From contig MU054323.1 in NCBI GenBank assembly GCA_013239625.1, forward strand, positions 19,424,819 through 19,488,818: a DNA stretch of 64,000 bases. The letters are read 5' to 3'. This document shows, piece after piece, positions 26,890-40,204 of this stretch. Under the pieces are notes generated by a model that made no database searches, was not told where the DNA came from, and worked only from the letters and a program-made list of their open reading frames with translations. Position 1 is the first letter of the stretch. Each line of letters begins with the position of its first letter. Made by a program: the position numbers and the translations under genes. The stretch is from Lama guanicoe. Taxonomy: Eukaryota.

Positions 26890-27050
26890 CTTCCACTTGT
26901 ATCTTTGTCAGATACTTCAAGGTATACATGTCTGCCTCCACAATGAGACTAGAGGCGAGCAGAGGGCAAGGCACTATCCTACGTGAAATTGTCGCGTCTG
27001 CTGTGACATATAGGAACAGTTTATGCTGAAAGAATGTCGAATGTGTGAAT
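26890..27050 (+). mobile_element. L2 3' end
   Basis: 'catgtctgcctccacaatgagactagag...gagggcaaggcactat...tgacatatagga'. Confidence 0.5.
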
Positions 27051-28334
27051 CAGAGGTATCTTAGCCCCCAGCACCATGTTGTAATTGTTAGGAATAGGAA
27101 TGGCATTGATAATAGTTATTTACTTTACCCCTTCTGCTGTTGAGATATGTGATTTATTTTCTTACTTCATAACATCCTTGGTGTTTTGTAAAGTTGAAAG
27201 AAATAGACCCTTGTCATGCTGTTCCTTAATGTACATCTTAGTGAAGAACATTAGTCACTTTCTCTGGCCGGTGGTATGAAGTATCGAGGTTGAACAATTC
27301 ATATTTAGTGACTAGCTGCTTCCTGGTTATTTGTCCAGTTTCGTCACAGTGATGATAATTAATAACGTGAGAAAGTACTTTGTAAAGCACTTTGAATGAG
27401 AAAGCTTTTTCCTGGGCTTCCATGGTACATGTCCTGACTTTACATGCATGATATTAATAGCCCATTCAAATATAGCTTTCAAGAAATTTTTCCTTAATGA
27501 AATTTTAATTTATTAATTCCCAGTGCACAAAAATTGGGTGATTTTATTGGTAATAAATGAGTGGGTTGAATTGTGACTTTATTTGAAAATCTCATTCTTC
27601 ATGGTCAGATTATATCTGTCTTCAAAGTTCCTAAACTCATCCAGTCTACAATGGGTGTGTAAAATGCTGTACTGGTAGTCCCCTGTCATTTTCAAAGCCA
27701 GTCACTCTGCTGTCCTCCAAGAGAAAAAAAAATTTTAACTTAAGGTACTTTATGTCATTTAGAAGTAAAAGAATCTTAATTTCAAAATATCTTATAGTGT
27801 AGATTTTTATTAGGTCAGGTACATGTTTTTACCTATAAATCTTCCTAAAGCAATGAACTTTAACTCCACAGTTAAATGTCATTTCAGTTTAAGTTTTTTG
27901 TTTTTTAGTTTTCTAGTTTACTTGCAGTAGGTGCATTATTTCCAGAGTTTTTTTTTGTTTTGTTGTTTTTTAAAATCCAGATTTTTGCTAACAGAGTTGG
28001 ACTCTCATACTCTTTTGGAAATCTTCTAATTGTTTGCTTTCAATGCATTTTATACAGAAATTGGCAGGCTTTAGTTTTTTCTCCCATCTTTACCTCATGT
28101 ACCTAGAATCTCATTTTACCAAACAAAATAAATGAAGTGATAATGATGATGGCCATGTTGCTTTTTGTTTTCTTTTTTCCATTTGAAACCTCAAAATAAA
28201 TTAGTTTTAATTTTGTTTTTTCCTAATCTGGACAAGTTAAAAAAATGGCACTTTTTCCCCATTGTTTTTATTATATGGCACTGCCATCTATGGGTCCTAT
28301 TCATAGAATAATTTTGGTTTGCGGTTTAAAAAAA

Positions 28335-28470
28335 GTTAGGATTTAGAACCTTAAAAAGACCATCTAGTCCTCATCCTTCATTTATAGATAAGAGATTCAA
28401 GAATCTAAGTAGCCAAATAACTATAATATAGGCACATGGCTAGTTGCTAACAGAGGCTGAATTATCACCT
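28335..28470 (-). mobile_element. MIR (MIR3/MIRc-like)
   Basis: 'agaccatctagtcctcatccttcatttatagataag...ggcacatggctagtt'. Confidence 0.6.
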
Positions 28471-29059
28471 ATACTTAATATTCTATACCTGTACAAGTGA
28501 TTTTAAATTTATATTGGTTTTGCCTCTTTTACAACTTGGACAAGCAGAAGTACCTCTCATTCCTACCATTTGAAGATGCATGGTTTTTATAAGTGAGGTA
28601 AAGATGAACTATTTTAAGTATATTAACAATTAACCACATAAGCATCCCTATTTTAATTAATTTGCATATTTGTTTTGAGGAATTTTTTAAAGAACAAGGC
28701 AAAATCTCTGTATTTAAGGAAGTTGTAAAACTCACCATGTTAAGAAGATACTTGCATACAAAATGTAGGTGTTATTTAGAGGTCAAAGAAATACGATTCA
28801 ATGTAACTTTAAATTTCTCTGTAGTAATCTCCAAACACAAGGGAATTGAAGAAATAAAAACAAACGTGAGACTTTCATTTCTGACAGTAACTGCAAAAAT
28901 ATTTTGAAAGTTTAATAGCAAGAAATTCCAGTGAGAAATTCTCAAATTTTATGTATCTTCCTTAAAAGTTCAAATTTAATAAAACACACTGGAGTATAAT
29001 GATTTTTTCTTTTCTTTTTTTTTTTTGGTATTCAATTTAATATACCAACATTTTACTAA

Positions 29060-29205
29060 TTCTGGCAACAATACACATAAATGACATTCGTCTTTGGTTT
29101 CCTTTTTATTCAGCCTTAGAAGGTTTTAGAGTCAAGGTTATGCTAGCTTCTTAAAATAAACAGGGAAATGTTCATCTTTTTCTATGCTGCACAACAATTT
29201 AAACT
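29060..29205 (-). mobile_element. Old L1 ORF2 fragment
   Basis: 'ggttttagagtcaaggttatgctagcttcttaaaataaacagggaaatgttc' is antisense ORF2. Confidence 0.6.
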
Positions 29206-29339
29206 GGAAGTGTACATAATGTTATTCCAAAACTTGCCCTCATTTTAGGTTATCATGCTGTTTTTCTTTCACCAGCTTCTTGGGCATTTCTGGAAATTGT
29301 TACTATATCCTGATTATGTTTCGAGTTCTATACAAGATG

Positions 29340-29600
29340 TTTTTGTTTTGTTTTACAGCTTTTTCGAGGTATAATTGATATACAAAAAGCTGCACATATT
29401 TAATGTATACAATTTGGTGAGTTTGGACATATGCATATACCCATGACATCACAAGGTATTATCAAGGTAATAAATATATCCATCACCTCCAAAATTTTAT
29501 TTGCATCCTTTTGTGTTTTGGGGGATTTTTTCATTTTTTGTTTTTTCCTGTGTTAAGAACACTTAGCATGAGATCCACCCTTACAATTTTTAAGTGCACG
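29340..29600 (-). mobile_element. L1MB-like 3' end
   Basis: 'gaggtataattgatatacaaaaagctgcacatatttaatgtatacaatttggtgagtttggaca...aagaacacttagcatgagatc'. Confidence 0.8.
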
Positions 29601-30354
29601 TTCACTTCTTTTTCTGACTTCAGTCCTATTTCAGTTTTTCCCAATTGTGTTAACTTAGTGTGATGACTCTGAGATATTAGCATTTCTAAAAATTATATCA
29701 TTTAATCACTATTTAGTAACAAATACTAAAAGTGAAAGTCTATATCTTAGAGACTGAAACTGATAGTGGTTCAGCCCACACTCTCCCACCTACCTACTGA
29801 TTCTCCCTGACCTATTTTTGACTAACTCTCCAAGTTCACTGTGAAACGAGGCAATTATGTGGTAGGTAACTATTCAGAAAGAATAATAACTGAGGTTAAG
29901 CTGAGCTGCTGAGCAAATCAGAGTAAAAAGTACATTATTTCTCTTTTTATATTTCTCTTCTGAGGAGACTCACAGTTACTCTAATGATCTTTTGCAGGAC
30001 ACAGAGAGAATTTATTTCAAGAAATTTCTTTGCTGTTTAGGCTGATCCTAAACACCCAATAAAGAAATTAGCTTAGTGTAAAGAATGGATCTCACCCCCC
30101 TCCAATAAAAAAGATTATAAGGAATGTCCACTGTAAATAGGAAAATAAATCATTTCTCAATTATCCGTGTGTAAAATGTGTGTGTTCTCATGTACTAATC
30201 ACTTTATAGACAAGGTTGGAAATAATGTAAAACTATTTCAAATGTAACCACATACTGCCAGCACTTACTGAAGATTTGATAATAAAAATAATTATAATTA
30301 ACATTGACAGTGCCAGAGAGTCAGTCTGACTCCAGAGTTCAAGCTCTTACCTTA

Positions 30355-31612
30355 TTAATTGTATTAATTTATTGATATTCTAAACTTACTATATGCAGAG
30401 TTCTGGGCTAGATGTTTCAGAAATTACCAGTATGAGTAAAACCCACTTGTGGTGCCCCCGAAACTGTAGCATCATTGAAGGAATAATATTATAAATCACT
30501 GGGACACAAAGCAAACCTATGCACTAGAGAGATACAAACCAAGTGCTATTGGACAAAGTTCTTAGAAGGGATCTTTTGTTTGAGATTGAACTTTAAAAGC
30601 ACAGGGAGCATCCGAAAAAAAGTTGGGGCCAGGAACATATACCAGAAAGAAAAACAAAAACAAACAAAAAAAAAACAGCAGATAAAAGACAAGTAAGTGG
30701 GAAAAACTGGATGTGGCCAAGTAATATCAAGTTACCTATTCTGGCAGGAGCTTCAATTAACATTAACTTTTAGAAGATAACCTTAAGAAGTTGAGTTAGA
30801 AACGTACTGTGAAAATTCTTGTATAGCAGAGAAATCTGTGACTGATTCAGACACAGAGGGTTAACTAGAAGGTTCTAGAAGCTTTGATCTGGAAAACTAG
30901 GTGACAAGTGAGAAGCTAGAGTGGGTAGAACAAAGAAAGAGAAGAGATTATTATTTTAAAGTGGTTGGGCTGGAAAAAAGAACAGTGACGGTAGGAGAAA
31001 ATGAGGGGATAGTGATGGGATGCACTGTGATGAGGGGATATCTATGTCTTAGCATTCATTAATTGGCTGTTGGAAGGAGGGAGGAGTCAAATACAACTCA
31101 TAGGTTTGAGTCAGAATGACGTGGAAAATGGTGTGGCCATTAGAAACAGGGAAATCAGGAGGGACACATCTAGGTGAAAAGATGACAAGTTTCTGATGAC
31201 AATTCTGAATTCAAAGTACCAAAAACCATTCAAACAGAGGTCCCAGAAGGCAGGCAGAAGTACGAATCTGGAGGTCAGGGCTGGAGAAAGGCATCTGAGC
31301 TATTTCCACATGGAAGAGATCATTTAAATCAGAGGAGTAGCTGGGGTTGGAATTGCTTAACAATATGAGGGCCAATGAAGAGCACGTGGAAAAGCTTTAT
31401 TTCTAGAACCACAAGAAGAAAGATACAGAGGTCTTTGGAGAGAGAAGAAGAGAACCAGGAAAAATACTGTAGAACCAAAAATAGGAAAATGTTTCAAAGG
31501 GAGAAACTGTCAAATGCTTCAGGCAAGGGAAACACAATAAGCATTTAGAATAAATTGTAGATTATACTACAGGAGATTATCAATGACCTTTGACAGAAGA
31601 TTTTTATCAGAG
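30355..31612 (-). mobile_element. Long degraded L2
   Basis: Antisense L2 terminus at ~30360, body motifs 'ggagtcaaatacaactcataggtttgag', 'ggtcagggctggaga', 'tcaatgacctttgacag'. Confidence 0.7.
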
Positions 31613-31661
31613 AAGCCTCCCCAAAATATTATTCGTTACCAATACTGCCTTTTACCAGCAG

Positions 31662-32083
31662 TGTGAGACTGTATTATTTGCCCTCACTTACTCATTTCCT
31701 CCCCACTTTTGCCATTCTTCACAGTAGGATGGATGTACTTCCAACCCCACTGACTTTGGACTTGGCCTTGGGACTTGTTTTGGCCAGTGTGGTAGACTTA
31801 TGCCACCTTCCACCAGAGATACAGATTATGCTCACATGACGAGGCTCTGCCTCTCTTGTGTTCTGCCTTCTGCCATTACACGAGCACCACCCAGATCGGG
31901 CTGCTCCTTCAGCCTGGGTCCTGGAAGGGGAAAATAGTTGGAGCTCATCCCAGCTGAGCCCAGCCAAGACAGCTCAGCCAATGTGCAGTCCTCTTGGAAG
32001 ATAAGTTAGAAATAAATGTTTGTTCTTGCACGCCCTTGAGCTATTGGAGTTATTTGTTACCACAGCACAAGCTGACTAATATA
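31662..32083 (+). mobile_element. MaLR solo LTR (MLT1G/I-like)
   Basis: 'actgactttggacttggccttgggacttgttttggcca', 'ctccttcagcctgggtcc', 'agaaataaatgtttgttc...ttatttgttaccacagca..gctgactaata'. Confidence 0.8.
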
Positions 32084-33139
32084 CTACCTTTAGAAAACTG
32101 ATAAACTGTGAAAAAAATTTAGAATCTTTGGAAATGTTGCTGTGTGCAGCTCCTTGAGGCATATAAATTGAAAAATAATTTGCCTTGCCCACAGTCAGAA
32201 ACCTGAATCAAAGTTTGACATAAAAATCATGCCTACTAGTCCCTGGTCATTCATTTAAATAATTTGTAGATATCTGTGAATCTCTGTAAAGTACCTCTAA
32301 TAATGTAACATACAAGGTAGAAAGTACGCTTTCTCTTTAGTTGTTGACAAAGGCTCTTTAAGCATACAGTCACACTCTTCCAGCGCTTGGGATTTACCGC
32401 GGAAAGTATTTTCCCTCCCTATTGTTGTTGGCAAAAACTGCATCATTCTGGTCTGTTCAGAACCCAAACAATCTCTACTGCCAATTGTGCTATTACAACG
32501 TCTCTTAAGATTTCCTTTCCCGTTCCTTTATTCTTGGTACCTCCTTTGTGATTTATGAGATGTTTTATGGCATTGTAATACGGCTCATGACATACAGTGT
32601 AACACACTAAATTACCCTGATTTAAGTAAACAATTTTCCATGAGAATATATTCAGGCATTTCAAAATGTGGTATTTTTTCCTCTTGCTTTGGTCTGAAAA
32701 ATCGATGGCATAAAAATTAAAGCACAGTGCCCTAGCTTATAATGTGCACGATGTTTCCTTTGTCACTCCTATTTGTGATATTATTAGAAATTAAAATTGT
32801 GTGTTTTTGAAGAAAGATTATCTATCGCCTTAAAACATGAGGGTTTCTTTTGTTTATCATCAAAATATTCCAAAATCATATGTATGCTTAGTTAGCGCTC
32901 CAAGAAGATTGATAATCCAGTTTTTTAACTCTTCCATATCAAATAATAAAAATGCATAAGATATGTAAATAATGAACAACTGTTCACTGTTTCCTTTTTA
33001 AATATTATTGGGGCAGGCTTTCTGGCCAGAAGACTGTGGCTGATCATAATCTGTTACGTCTGAAAAGAATGAGATTGAAGACATGCCCCCATGCCCCCAA
33101 ATGCGCTATTATCTTGAACACCGAAGTCACATCTGTTAC

Positions 33140-33229
33140 CATTGTTGACTCAAGCAGGAAGCAGCAGATGGTACAATGGGACAACTGTAAAGTGCAGGAA
33201 GATACAAAGAGGCTGGTGTAAAAACACTC
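33140..33229 (-). other. Candidate 90-nt spliced exon of an unidentified transcript
   Basis: Minus-strand acceptor TTCCTTTCATCTTTTCAG| and donor ATG|GTAACA in unique sequence; two frames are open, but no protein is recognised. Confidence 0.25.
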
Positions 33230-34946
33230 CTGAAAAGATGAAAGGAATTTTTAAAAAAGAAAACTCGACAGCTTCCAAGACAAGGCAAACTGAGGAGAGA
33301 AAGCTCTCAATGGGAAATACATCAGGAGATTTGCTTTGGGAAGTCTCTTTAATAAAAGGAAATTCGGATCCTTAGAAAACAGTACCTGTCCAAAGGCTCT
33401 TTTCCCTGCTTTCATTACTTAAACTTTTTAGTTCTCATTACCTATTAAATAATAGTACTACCTGCCTAATTATGTTCTCAAGAGTATATTTAATTACAGT
33501 TTCTATGTTCAATGCTTTGGTCATTAAATCAATATCCTATGACATCATGTTTCTACTGGAGCATAATCAAAAAGCGTAATGTACTCAGCCCTTGGATTTT
33601 CCCTTCTATTCCCCCCTTAGAATGTTCCCTTTGGATACATATGGGGAAATATAGCATTTCAATTCTGCTGTAATTTCTTCCTTCAGCAATAAAGAACCTG
33701 TAAGTTTGCCTTTAACTGTGAGCCTACTCACTCTCTTTGAGCCTTCACAGAGGCAGCCCTGGATCCCATCTGATTAATTGGGAGTGGTACTTCTTGGGCA
33801 TCTAACTCAACTCAACCTCCAAATTCAGTTCTTAGTTCCACTGTGGAAGCTGAAAATTTGACCTTAGAAGTCCATTTTCTCAAATGTATCCACGTATCAT
33901 TAAAACAAAAGCTCTATTTTTCACTAGATTTTTCCCCTTCCAGGAAATCTTAGAGTCTAGATATCATAACAGATCAAAAATCAAATTTCTTAATAAAAAC
34001 TATCAAATGTAGCAATGCAATTGATTTTCCAGTATGTTTAGCCAATAAAATTTTGGAAACCACTAACGGTACTAACACCAAAAGTACTCATCTCGTGGGA
34101 TTCTCCAAGGACCTACTTCCGGAAGGAGTGAGGTAAATAGGAGATTACGTTAAAGATGCCAACCCATTTCATGAGGTTAGATAAAATTTTATTCACTAAG
34201 TTTAACATACTACCCTTCATGAAAATGTGTACTAAAGACAAAAAATGCATTTTCTCCTCTCCTTAATTAATTTAAATGCTTAAGCTCAAATACTACGTAG
34301 AGCCATATTTAAATGATCAAGTTATCAACATATAAAAACCAAATTGAAAATGTTTTATTTCTTTGTCAGAATTAGAGCAGCTTATGTAACATACCTTCTT
34401 ACATTCTTACATCTTTCTTCTGCTTCTATTATTTCTTAATAATAGAAGTTTATCCTGTAGAACTCATCAGTCAAGTACATTGTTTAAAATTAGATATATA
34501 GTGAAGATATACAAGATGTCTATGACCACTCTGGACTTCTGATTACACCTATTTTAACTTTGTCCAGGCTAAATTTATCTCAGTCATACTTTCTGTTATT
34601 GAAACTTGAGTTCTACACTGTTAGTTGATGTATGTTTTACACTGAGTCCCAAATTAGTTTGTTTCAAGACTTTAAGTACTGACTCCCAGGGCTTCAATAC
34701 AAGTATAATTTTGTTTCATATTGTCTTGTAAACATTAAGGAACTTCTTTTGCCCTAAGCTTGGGTAAGTCATTAAACATATGGTTCCATAATTACCTGGC
34801 AATACAGACCAACTGTACTCCAAGTATTAGCCAGGAAATATAATCTCAAATTATCCACACACAGCATTTTAGTTTGGTTGAGAGAAACCAAATTTTTAGA
34901 CTGACTAAAGTATATGCAGTCCATTCACGCCTCTAAATACTCTAAA

Positions 34947-35140
34947 ACTTGTTTCTCAACTGTGGTTCATAGGCATCTTGTATCATCAAAGGCTCCCAGG
35001 GTAATTAGCCATAATGCAAGTTTTGGGTCATCTACTTCCAAACTACTGAGTCAGAGTCTCTAGGGGGATGAGACGGTATGGGGATGAGAGAGATGCATGA
35101 ATCTACATTTAAATGAACTACCCATAACCTTTGCTACATT
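34947..35140. mobile_element. hAT-Charlie MITE, MER5A-like
   Basis: 'gtttctcaactgtggttc...aactactgagtcagagtctctaggg...gaatctacatttaaa'. Confidence 0.65.
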
Positions 35141-35539
35141 AGGCCAGATCATCAAAGAATGATCATACTGGTCCCCTAGAGAAGAGATTCTACTGAAGTA
35201 TATTCTGGCATCAGTACTATTCTCCTACATTGATGAAACTTATGAGAAATCAATCTATGAGACTCAATATTGAGTGTATTTATAAATGTTGGTGAACAGT
35301 TAGCTCCTTATAGTCTATCATATCTTTTCTCTGAGGAGCCATAGGAAAATTATCACACTGGTCTTAGCAAGTACCCAAATGAATGGCTTGATTCTATATT
35401 TAAACGGATGGAACACTGTTTTGTTTGAAGTGCTGGTGGGGCTGAGAGAGACAGCCTTTTCTCGCTCTTGTGTATATAGAGTTGGATGAGATCTGGAGAT
35501 AGAGATTTGGGACCATTCCCTAAACAGCTTAGTTAAAAC

Positions 35540-37800
35540 CATGTGAGTGGAATTTTGTGAGGGCTAATTTAATGTATGCTGTGGGAATGGGAAGGAGGCA
35601 GTGAAAACCTGATGGAAATGGATGGAAAAGTTACTGCAGAACAAGAAGACAGAGAGCTAGCACAGGCTAGAGCCAAGATTTGGCTGCAACTAGAGAGGTG
35701 CGCAGAGCCAAGGCACAGACTTCTTCACTTCAAGGTGTGAGGCTTGAATATGTATTTAGTCCCCAGAGTGCGCTCTTACAAAGCAGGCAAAGATGAGAGA
35801 AAGATGAGAGGGATGAATCAGTAATGGAAGGACTTGAAGGAAAACAAAAGAATAGGATCAAGAGACAAGTGTAGAAATTAACCTGGAACCAGGAGGAGTG
35901 GGAAGAAAGAGAAAATGGGCAGTGATAGAGTAACACTACAGGCGTGGAATGAAGACTTAAGAACCTTCACATCCATTAGCTTCTTGATGTTCAGGAGATC
36001 AGGTCAACTGCTGGGAAAGGACAGGGAGGCAAAGCTCTCAGAAGAGGCAGGGAATGTGAGTGCACCTGCCAGAAGGAACAGAAGAAAGCAGCCCCCAAGG
36101 ATGAGGGAAAGACTGCCCAGCACCATCAAGGCTCCACTGTGAATTCACAACAGCAATCAGTTGTTTATGATTGGCCTCCAGCTGCACTTGGCCAACTGAG
36201 TAAAGCAGCAGAGAATCCATATTGAAGGACTGATCCAGAGTTGGGAACTGTCTCTTAATGTTTTGTGTAGGAGAAGGGGGCAACCTTGAATGATAAAGAC
36301 TAGTTTGCAGGATGAGCTGAATCTAGACAGTGCTAAATAACATGAGCCCCAGCCTTCCTTTACTTCCAGGAGTTGCAGAGCAAAATGAGTGCTCTCTGCA
36401 GGCAGGCAGAGTCCAGAAACTACAGGGTGTACTCTTTCTCTGCAAGCAGGCAGGTCCTAAAGAGGATCTAGAAGGAGCTGAACTAAGCATACTTCAATCC
36501 TCTTCAAAATTCACCAGTCAGATAGGTCCTTCCTCTTCTCCTGAAAGGAGCAAGTCCAGGAACGGAATCCAGGGATTTTATTTAGCACAAGGAGGAGATG
36601 TAAGAAAAATGTTATTTCTGCCTTAACAGACAGGAAAAAAACAGAGGGAACAGAAACTTAATGTGTGAGAGAGTGATTGTCCAGTATAGAAAAGGAAGGA
36701 AGTATGGACAAGAGAGGCTGATGGACATAAAGAAGAGAACTGGCAAAGGGTCAAGATATCTAAGAACAGGTCTGATGGGAGTACAGTAAGTTTGGTGGGA
36801 AAGAAGGAGTTTGATAGTCATATTTTTGTTCATTTTTTTGAAGTATAGTTAATTTACAATGTTTCAGGTATACAGCAAAGTGACTCAATTATGTATATAT
36901 AAATCTATTCTTTTTCAGATTCTTTTTCATTATAGGTTATTATAAGATATTGAATATAGTTCCCTGTGCTATGCAGTAGGTCGTTGTTAGTTATCTAGTT
37001 AGTTAATATTCCATTGTGTATATATACCACATCTCCTTTATCCATTCATCTGTCAATGGGTATTTAGGTTGCTTCCATGTCTTGGCTATTGTAAATAGTG
37101 CTGCCATGTATATTGGGGTACATGTATCTTTTCAAATTAGAGTTTTCTCCAGGTATATGCCCAAACAGTCATATTTTAATCAGAGAATAACAGAGCTTAA
37201 AGCTTCCAATGTGATAATCACTAAAAAAGGAAGATGAAATAGGCTGCGGGTTACACTGCAGTTGAAGACATCAAACAACTAAGAGGCTAGGTACTGGACA
37301 GACTGACCACATGGACACTCAAGTAACTCCCAGTGTCGGCAAGACTAAGAGGAAAACAATGAGTCAAATGCCAGGTCCTTAAGGGAGGTGATGCAGTAAG
37401 CAGATGATACTAGTTGCTAGGATGCCCCTAGCAAGAAAGGGGGCGTGGGGGGAGAGGAGGTTAACATTAATGTTGGATAAATACTGGAGAAGATTTTGTT
37501 TCTGAGTGGGAAAAAAAAAAAGCTTTAATAGCAGCAAGAGAAAGTTAAGAGAATGCATTCACAGCCCCTTCCCCATCATCACTGGAACATAAAAGAATGA
37601 ACGACGTCCACTCAGGGCCTAGAAATGTGAACTCTTCCATGCTGCCTTCTTGAGTGTTTGGAATCAAAGAGAATGATGCTGACGTGGTAAAGGACCCTGG
37701 GGCACTTCCCAAGTCATGATCCCTCTGTGAAAGTCTCAGTGCCCACAGAAGACGACCTGAAATACAGAAAACTGTTCAATTGCACTAACCAAGTCTCCTA
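35540..37800 (-). mobile_element. Highly degraded L2 internal region, interrupted by a young L1
   Basis: Extended purine-rich antisense L2-like sequence that continues on both sides of the 36827-37166 insertion; boundaries uncertain. Confidence 0.4.
36827..37166 (-). mobile_element. 5'-truncated cetartiodactyl-type L1 with TSD and an internal deletion
   Basis: 'gaagtatagttaatttacaatgtttcaggtatacagcaaagtga...gaatatagttccctgtgctat'; 11-bp TSD AGTCATATTTT (36816-36826/37167-37177); the minus-strand target reads TT/AAAA (L1 endonuclease consensus). Confidence 0.9.
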
Positions 37801-38179
37801 ATGATTTAACTAAAGAGTTTCCCAAAGTTATTAGTGAGTTAGGAATAAAATCCTGGTCTTTTGAATAGGAATCCAGGATCTTTTCAAGCAGCCAGAAGTG
37901 ATTTATAGGGTGTTCCCTAGAAGAGGGTGCTGATGAGATACCTCGGAATCCAACAGACGAGAAAAAGGAGAGACTGGAGGACAGGTAGGGCTCCAGGCAC
38001 AGCCCACTGTTTCATTCAAAACAGCTTTGCTTTTATGTTTTATAAACTGGTGCTGCATTTCAAAATTACTTTTTTTTTTGGTATTTTTAAATTGCCTACT
38101 AGGTATGTGCAAAAGTTAAAAGATAGAAAAATGGTATTCTGGCATAGCTAATTGTTGGGGGCCTTAGTTTGGATCAAAA

Positions 38180-38275
38180 GCTCTAGTCACCTAAATAAAC
38201 TGTAGGCTCCTTGAAAGTCACAACCTTGTCTCAAACTTCTTTGAATCTCCTTACTCCTACTAGATGCCTATTTTG
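38180..38275 (+). mobile_element. L2 3' end fragment
   Basis: 'taaactgtaggctccttgaaagtcacaaccttgtctcaaacttctttgaatctcc'. Confidence 0.55.
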
Positions 38276-38624
38276 AGGTTTGACCCCTGGCCACTTTATT
38301 ACTCAGTGTTTTCCGCCCCCCGCACCCCACCCCCCAATTTCTCTATGAACAGAGAAGATAAGTAGGGAAAAGTCTGTACCAACCAAGAAGCATCATTTCC
38401 TCTAAGGTGTGAGCGTGAGCTGGGGCCCTCAAGAACTAACCAAGTCTTGTTTATCAGCCAGTGTGCCTGACACCTGAGCAAAACAAGAAGCACAGGATGG
38501 TAACTGTGGTTGAAAGTCGGAGTTCAGTCCCTTCAGTGGCCCAGAGACTACATCCAGTGAATGAAACAGACAAAGTAGGTCAGAATGGCTAAGGAATTGT
38601 TCACTTATTTTTTACAAGAATCGA

Positions 38625-38875
38625 TATCCCATAGTGGAAAGGGTACTTGCCTGGGAACGAGCTAGACATACATAGAAACCCTGTTCCATGACTTAATAGC
38701 TACATGACTTTGGTTCAGGGGCTTAAACTCTCTGATCCTCAGTTTTCTCATCTGTAAAATGAGGAGAACATTACATAACTCTCAGAGATGCTGAAGATTA
38801 AATGAGATAGTGTGTTTAACATGCACTGCATTGTGCCTTGTAGCAATCACTCAATAAATAGTAAGAGTTATTAAA
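38625..38875 (+). mobile_element. MIR (near full length)
   Basis: Core 'cttaaactctctgatcctcagttttctcatctgtaaaatgagga', 'gaagattaaatgagata', 'cactcaataaatagta'. Confidence 0.9.
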
Positions 38876-38884
38876 TAGGAAACA

Positions 38885-39035
38885 AGCACAGGATAGAGTA
38901 AAAGAGGTTGGGCTTCGGAGTCAGGAAAAAAAAACCACTGAATTAAACTGTGCCTTTGGCTCTGTAACACTGATGTGTCACTTAAGATCTCTGGGTTCAG
39001 TTTCCTTTATAAATATAATGAGCTGATGATATCCA
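38885..39035 (+). mobile_element. MIR fragment
   Basis: 'gggcttcggagtcagg...gtcacttaagatctctgggttcagtttcctt'. Confidence 0.65.
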
Positions 39036-39849
39036 ATTCCTTCATCAAGTGGCAGCTCCCTGAGAAGGACTGGAGTTTCAGGATCTCTTCCTCCATTTTG
39101 TTTCATCTTCTCTTAACACTGTGATGCTAATAAATCCATTACGCATGTGGCCTAGGTCATAAATGATGCAGCATTTAACAAAGAAGTTCCCAAAGCTAAT
39201 TTCACTTTATTTTCACCTTTTGAAAACATTTACCACAATTACCCATCATCTCATATCTTCTGGCACCTTGCCATCCATGGGAGCCTCACATTCTCTTCCC
39301 TGCAAATATTTTCTGCCTGAGGACTGCCAGGTCTTTGTCATCTTGTCCCCTCCATCACATCCCCCTGGTCCTCTCAACCCAGCACAACCTCTCTTGTACA
39401 CAGTCCTCCAAGTGGATGCTTACGTCTTTCAGGTCTCCTCAAAGCTGGAAAGGAAGAAACTAAGTGGCAATGTATAAGGGTTCTCTGTTCTTGTCATGTG
39501 GAGTATGGGACAGATAATTTATTCCCACATGGTAACTATTCTTGTACCATCACCAAGAGGTGACACTAACTTGTCTTCTCCAGCCCAGTGATGAGGAATT
39601 TGGTGATTGTGTGACTGTGCAAACACAAAGCTCAGCACCATGTGGCCAAAGAGCCCACACTCTGCTTTCCAACCATACGCCATGGCACACACTGAAAAAC
39701 GGACACCTTATTACTAATTTCTCCACATTCTGGGGAATTTTTTTCCAATTCTCAAGAGACACTGCTTGTGTTAGGGGTAGCTCTGGCATTACTGAAGAGT
39801 TATTTCTAGGATTAATTCAAACAGTAAGAAGAGTTAATTCAAACAGTAA

Positions 39850-40180
39850 AATCATCCAGGGACCTTTAAAAATCTTGAATGCCCAGAATGAACCACATGC
39901 CAATCAAATCAGAATCTCTGGACATGAGACTCAGGCATCAGTATTTGAAAAAAAAAAACAAAAACAAAAAACTTGCCAGGTACATTGTACACCCAAGCTT
40001 GAGGAACAGTAATCTAGGGCAGTGCTTCTCAAACTTGAGCTATGTGAGAATCCCTAAGGATCTTTTTTTTTTGAATTCTGATTCCCCAGCCCTATGCTGC
40101 CTAATTATAGCATAATCTGTGGGGATGAGTCTCAGGAACTCAGTATCTTTTAAAACTCTCTGGATGATTCTAAGGGGCCC
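39850..40180. mobile_element. Two adjacent MER5-family hAT MITEs
   Basis: 'caatcaaatcagaatctctgg...aggcatcagtattt...ttgaggaacagt' followed by 'cagtgcttctcaaacttgagc...ggatgattctaa'. Confidence 0.75.
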
Positions 40181-40204
40181 ATTTAAGATGGAGTGTTTGT
40201 CAAG

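Noticed and set aside
28279..28297. CTCF-like motif (reverse strand CCCATAGATGGCAG)
   Set aside because: Two mismatches in the core and no supporting context.
28736..28890. Minus-strand exon-like interval with donor ATG|GTGAGT
   Set aside because: Weak acceptor, AT-rich composition and a stop in the frame examined; isolated donors are common by chance.
33870..34065. Possible hAT MITE remnant (also at ~5345-5580)
   Set aside because: Only terminal-like motifs are visible; too diverged to call without a search.
39542..40012. 156-aa plus-strand ORF
   Set aside because: Non-ATG start, runs into a MER5 element and an A-tract, and has no recognisable domain.
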